From: a virus
Lineage: Duplodnaviria > Heunggongvirae > Uroviricota > Caudoviricetes
IMG/VR virus record: IMGVR_UViG_2585427737_000015
Strand: one strand, 5' to 3'
Length of the DNA: 31,306 nt
The notes under the pieces were generated by a model. The model searched no databases. It was not told where the DNA came from and saw nothing but the letters and a program-made list of their open reading frames with translations. Each line of letters begins with the position of its first letter. Within the stretch, counting starts at the first letter, position 1. This document shows positions 28,266 through 31,306 of the stretch, piece after piece. Both the position numbers and the translations under genes were made by a program.

Positions 28266-28514
28266 GCCGCATATTATCGTTTTGGGTAAGAACGACGGTG
28301 CTTACGCACCGTCTCCCAACGCCCAAAGCGGTAGCGGTTGTACTGGCGTACATTCACTAGCTTTAACATGAGGCAATCTCCATGCCAGCACTATTGTTGC
28401 CAATAGCAGCCTTTATACCCTTTGTACAAAGCTAATACCAAGAGTAATGCAAAGTAGATGTCCCAAGCGGTAACGGGGCTATTCTATGTCAAACACAGAA
28501 ATAATCAAAGCGCC

Positions 28515-29345
28515 CTATGAATCCCCCCAACCATCAGCGACCGGATACGTGAATTTTTTCCCGTCATAATTTACGGTCGCTCTACGCGCCAGCGCCTCAA
28601 GCTCCCATCGCTGCGGCCTGATACCGTTCTGAGCAAGGTCAACGCGGATACGGGTGATTTGCAATCGTTCAGACCTGGTCAGTCTGGCAGATGGTGCAAT
28701 TTCATGCGGTTTTAACGGGCTTCCGTTTCTTTGCTGACGGTTTGGCGTTCTCAGGTCGTATTTTAATGCGCCCCTGAGCGCCCTCACGACCTCCGGTTCA
28801 TTCCATTCAATAACACCGTCATCAACCAGATTAAGCACTGCTGCGGCGTGCTCAGAAGGTGTGGGAGCCGGTAACGAAGTATCACCACCGGTGAGCTTTC
28901 CACAGTTATTGACAGGACTCCGAGGCGCGGCGATGCCGCTTTTTAAAGTCAAGGGCTCAACGACCGGAACTTTCGGCACAATGCGCCAGTCCGTCGTTCT
29001 GGTGATATGAATATGACGCGCGCCGAGATGCGGCGCGTAAATGCCGACCACTCTCTCGACTTCTTCCTCATACTCGTTAACGTCATCCGACGGGCTACGG
29101 GCGACCCTGACAGTCTGACAATCGCGCGGGACATTTGCCCCACCCTGCGCGCTGATATACAACGCAAAATCACCACTGTCTGCGGCGGCGCGTGCAGCCT
29201 CGACGCGCTCGTCAAACTCATCAGCAATGCTGACGCCGCGAGGCAATTTGCGTAGTTCACGGTAAGCCCCCATTGTCGGCAGACCAACCGTTTTAAATTG
29301 CGGGATGCGCCACGTTGACGCCCATGCGGTAACAGCCGCGGCAGT
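28515..29345 (-). pseudogene. A: C-terminal fragment (about 277 codons) of replication initiation gene A, truncated at its 5' side by the IS element
   Basis: ORF 28515..29360 (...TAAAVTAWASTWRIPQFKTVGLPTMGAYRELRKL...) reads as the C-terminal part of P2 gpA (about 761 aa in P2). No Shine-Dalgarno at the track start; in-frame stop at 29370-29372; the upstream sequence is IS-derived. Junction placed at about 29345, plus or minus 10. Confidence 0.6.
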
Positions 29346-29421
29346 GTTGCGTATTTTCATGAAAGGAGATCACTCAATAACTTCCATCGAGATCGGGTAA
29401 TAACATTTGAACAGATCGCTG

Positions 29422-29485
29422 AATAACATCGATGGAGATCACTTTTGACTCATTTTGTTATTCAGTGATCTCCATCAATGTTATT
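29422..29485. repeat. 22-bp inverted repeats (AATAACATCGATGGAGATCACT at 29422-29443 and its inverse at 29464-29485, one mismatch) with a 20-nt spacer, in the IS left-end region
   Basis: Seen directly; a third degenerate copy at about 29374-29395. Consistent with multiple terminal transposase-binding repeats of IS21-family elements. Confidence 0.5.
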
Positions 29486-29540
29486 GGAACTTCACAGGTG
29501 TGTTGATCTGTATCTTTTGCCATTCCGGTAAAGGATACCT

Positions 29541-31082
29541 ATGCCAACAGTTCCAATTTCTATGAGAAAACTTAAAGAAATTCTTAGGCTTAAATACGGT
29601 GTTGGACTCAGCCATCGACAAATTGGTCGTAGTCTTGCAATCTCCCCTTCCGTTGTATCCAGATATGCTAATCGGGCGGCTCAACTTGGCATAAAGCAGT
29701 GGCCCTTACCTACAGGATGGGATGATACAAAACTAAAACATGCGTTCCTTCAGACCCAGGTTAAGATGAAGAAGCACTCTCTGCCTGACTGGGCTACAGT
29801 ACACCGGGAACTGCGTAATAAATGCGTGACGCTGCAGCTACTCTGGGAAGAATACTGTGAGCGTAATCCAGGCGGTTTTTACAGCTATAACCATTACTGC
29901 CGGATGTACCGTGAATGGCTCAAAACCACTTCACCATCAATGCGTCAGGTACATAAAGCTGGCGAAAAACTTTTCGTTGATTACTGTGGACCTACCGTTG
30001 GCGTTACCGACCCTGAGACCGGAGAAATAAGAACTGCTCAGGTCATCGTAGCTGTTCTCGGGGCATCAAGTTACACATGGGCAGAGGCCACCTGGTCTCA
30101 GCAGCTTGAAGACTGGGTGATGAGTCATGTTCGCTGCTTCCAGTGGTTGGGTGGCGTTCCTGAACTTGTTGTTCCGGACAATCTGAAAAGCGCCACATCC
30201 AGGGCATGTAAGTATGATCCTGACGTTAACCCTACCTACCAGCAGATGCTTGAGCATTATAATGTCGCAGTTTTGCCTGCGCGGCCACGTAAACCGAAAG
30301 ATAAAGCCAAAGCTGAAGTTGGCGTTCAGGTTGTTGAACGCTGGATCATGGCCCGAATCAGGCATGAGATCTTCTACAGCCTTGCATCGCTTAATCAGCG
30401 CATTCGGGAGTTGCTGGAAAGACTGAATAACAAAATAATGCAGAAGTTGGGTTATTCACGTGCAGAACTCTTCATCCAGCTTGATAAACCCGCACTGAAG
30501 CCTCTTCCTGAAGCCAGTTACAGTTACACCCTGGTGAAGAAAGTCAGAGTTCATGCCGATTACCACGTGGAAATCGACAAACATTACTACTCGGTTCCAT
30601 GTTCGCTGTTAGGCCAGCAACTGGAAGCATGGATCTCCGGAGAACTGGTAAGACTCTTCAATCAGGGGCAGGAGGTTGCTGTGCACCCGCGCAAGCGTAC
30701 TTATGGCTACAGTACCCGCAACGAGCACATGCCTGAAGCTCATCGACAGCATGCCACCTGGACGCCAGAGCGTCTTCTGGAATGGGCGGGGCACATAGGC
30801 AGTGAAACTCATAGTTATGTGCTTCATATACTGAACTCTCGTCCACATCCGGAACAAAGCTATCGCTTCTGCCTTGGACTCCTGAACCTTCATAAAAAAT
30901 ACAGTAAAGCCAGACTTAATGCAGCATGTGCAAGAGCTCTGAAAACAAAGGTATGGCGTCTGTCAGGTATTAAATCGATCCTGGAAAAAGGTCTGGATAA
31001 ACAACCTGTTCAGGATCCAAAACCAGATCTGTTATCCACGATGGAACACGAAAACGTACGCGGCAGTGAGTATTACCACTGA
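29541..31082 (+). CDS. istA: IS21-family transposase IstA (513 aa)
   Basis: ORF track; N-terminal helix-turn-helix region, DDE-type core; Shine-Dalgarno AAGGA 7 nt upstream; followed 11 nt later by istB. Confidence 0.8.
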   Translation: MPTVPISMRKLKEILRLKYGVGLSHRQIGRSLAISPSVVSRYANRAAQLGIKQWPLPTGWDDTKLKHAFLQTQVKMKKHSLPDWATVHRELRNKCVTLQLLWEEYCERNPGGFYSYNHYCRMYREWLKTTSPSMRQVHKAGEKLFVDYCGPTVGVTDPETGEIRTAQVIVAVLGASSYTWAEATWSQQLEDWVMSHVRCFQWLGGVPELVVPDNLKSATSRACKYDPDVNPTYQQMLEHYNVAVLPARPRKPKDKAKAEVGVQVVERWIMARIRHEIFYSLASLNQRIRELLERLNNKIMQKLGYSRAELFIQLDKPALKPLPEASYSYTLVKKVRVHADYHVEIDKHYYSVPCSLLGQQLEAWISGELVRLFNQGQEVAVHPRKRTYGYSTRNEHMPEAHRQHATWTPERLLEWAGHIGSETHSYVLHILNSRPHPEQSYRFCLGLLNLHKKYSKARLNAACARALKTKVWRLSGIKSILEKGLDKQPVQDPKPDLLSTMEHENVRGSEYYH

Positions 31083-31093
31083 TACGGGATCCA

Positions 31094-31306
31094 ATGATGA
31101 ATCATCTTTACGAACAACTGACCGCACTTAAACTCACCGGCTTCCGTGATGCGCTTAAAAAGCAACTTGCTCAACCGGGCACATACCAGGAGCTGGGCTT
31201 CGAAGAACGCCTGTCATTACTGACAGCAGAAGAACTAACCTGCCGTGAAAACAGGAAGGCAGAGCGTCTGATCAAACATGCACGGTTCAGACTTAATGCT
31301 GAGTTA
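31094..31306 (+). CDS. istB: IS21-family helper ATPase IstB, 5' partial (first 71 codons, runs off the window)
   Basis: Hand translation MMNHLYEQLTALKLTGFRDALKKQLAQPGTYQELGFEERLSLLTAEELTCRENRKAERL..., a typical IstB N-terminus; no stop before the window end. Confidence 0.65.
   Translation, partial: MMNHLYEQLTALKLTGFRDALKKQLAQPGTYQELGFEERLSLLTAEELTCRENRKAERLIKHARFRLNAEL

Larger units (their letters stand above)
29346..31306 (+). mobile_element. IS21-family insertion sequence, left part (repeat-containing left end, istA, 5' part of istB); continues beyond the window
   Basis: Adjacent istA and istB in the typical IS21 arrangement; left end tentatively at TGTTGCG (about 29345) where gpA homology stops; multiple GATGGAGATCAC-type repeats between the end and istA. 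Confidence 0.7.

Noticed and set aside
28294-28313. 8-bp GC-rich hairpin (GACGGTGC-TTAC-GCACCGTC) downstream of the RloC-like gene
   Set aside because: Not followed by a U-tract on either strand, so not called as an intrinsic terminator; it may still be a structural element.
1-31306. Looked for CRISPR arrays, tRNA genes and rRNA
   Set aside because: No regularly spaced direct repeats with unique spacers; the only tandem repeats are the coding repeats in H. The phage att lies in cyaR rather than a tRNA, and no cloverleaf-like tRNA or rRNA segment was recognised by eye.

Overview
The window is almost entirely a P2-like (Peduovirus-type) prophage integrated at the 3' end of the cyaR sRNA gene, next to yegQ, in an Escherichia-like enterobacterial chromosome. 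From left to right: yegQ (+), cyaR with the 27-bp P2 att core inside its terminator (1507-1533), then the late region on the minus strand in canonical P2 order (ogr, D, U, T, E/E', FII, FI, G, H, I, J, W, V, S, R, lysC/lysB/lysA, K, Y, X, L, M, N, O). The divergent P-Q terminase/portal operon follows on the plus strand, then an internal cos site (25715-25733), a C-terminal fragment of replication gene A, and an IS21-family element (istA plus the start of istB) running off the right edge. All three classical P2 variable loci carry AT-rich single-gene cargo that differs from P2 itself: a trypsin-like serine protease at the Z/fun position (8832-9824), a small membrane protein on the opposite strand at the orf30 position (15508-16293), and a 738-aa RloC/PrrC-like ABC ATPase at the tin/old position (26049-28265). 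The first and third are the best candidates for an uncharacterised anti-phage function. The prophage is probably defective: tape-measure gene T carries two compensating frameshifts in homopolymer runs, and gene A is cut by the IS element. Every call rests on reading the sequence and ORF track against remembered P2 gene order, protein lengths and motifs; no database search or computation was run.
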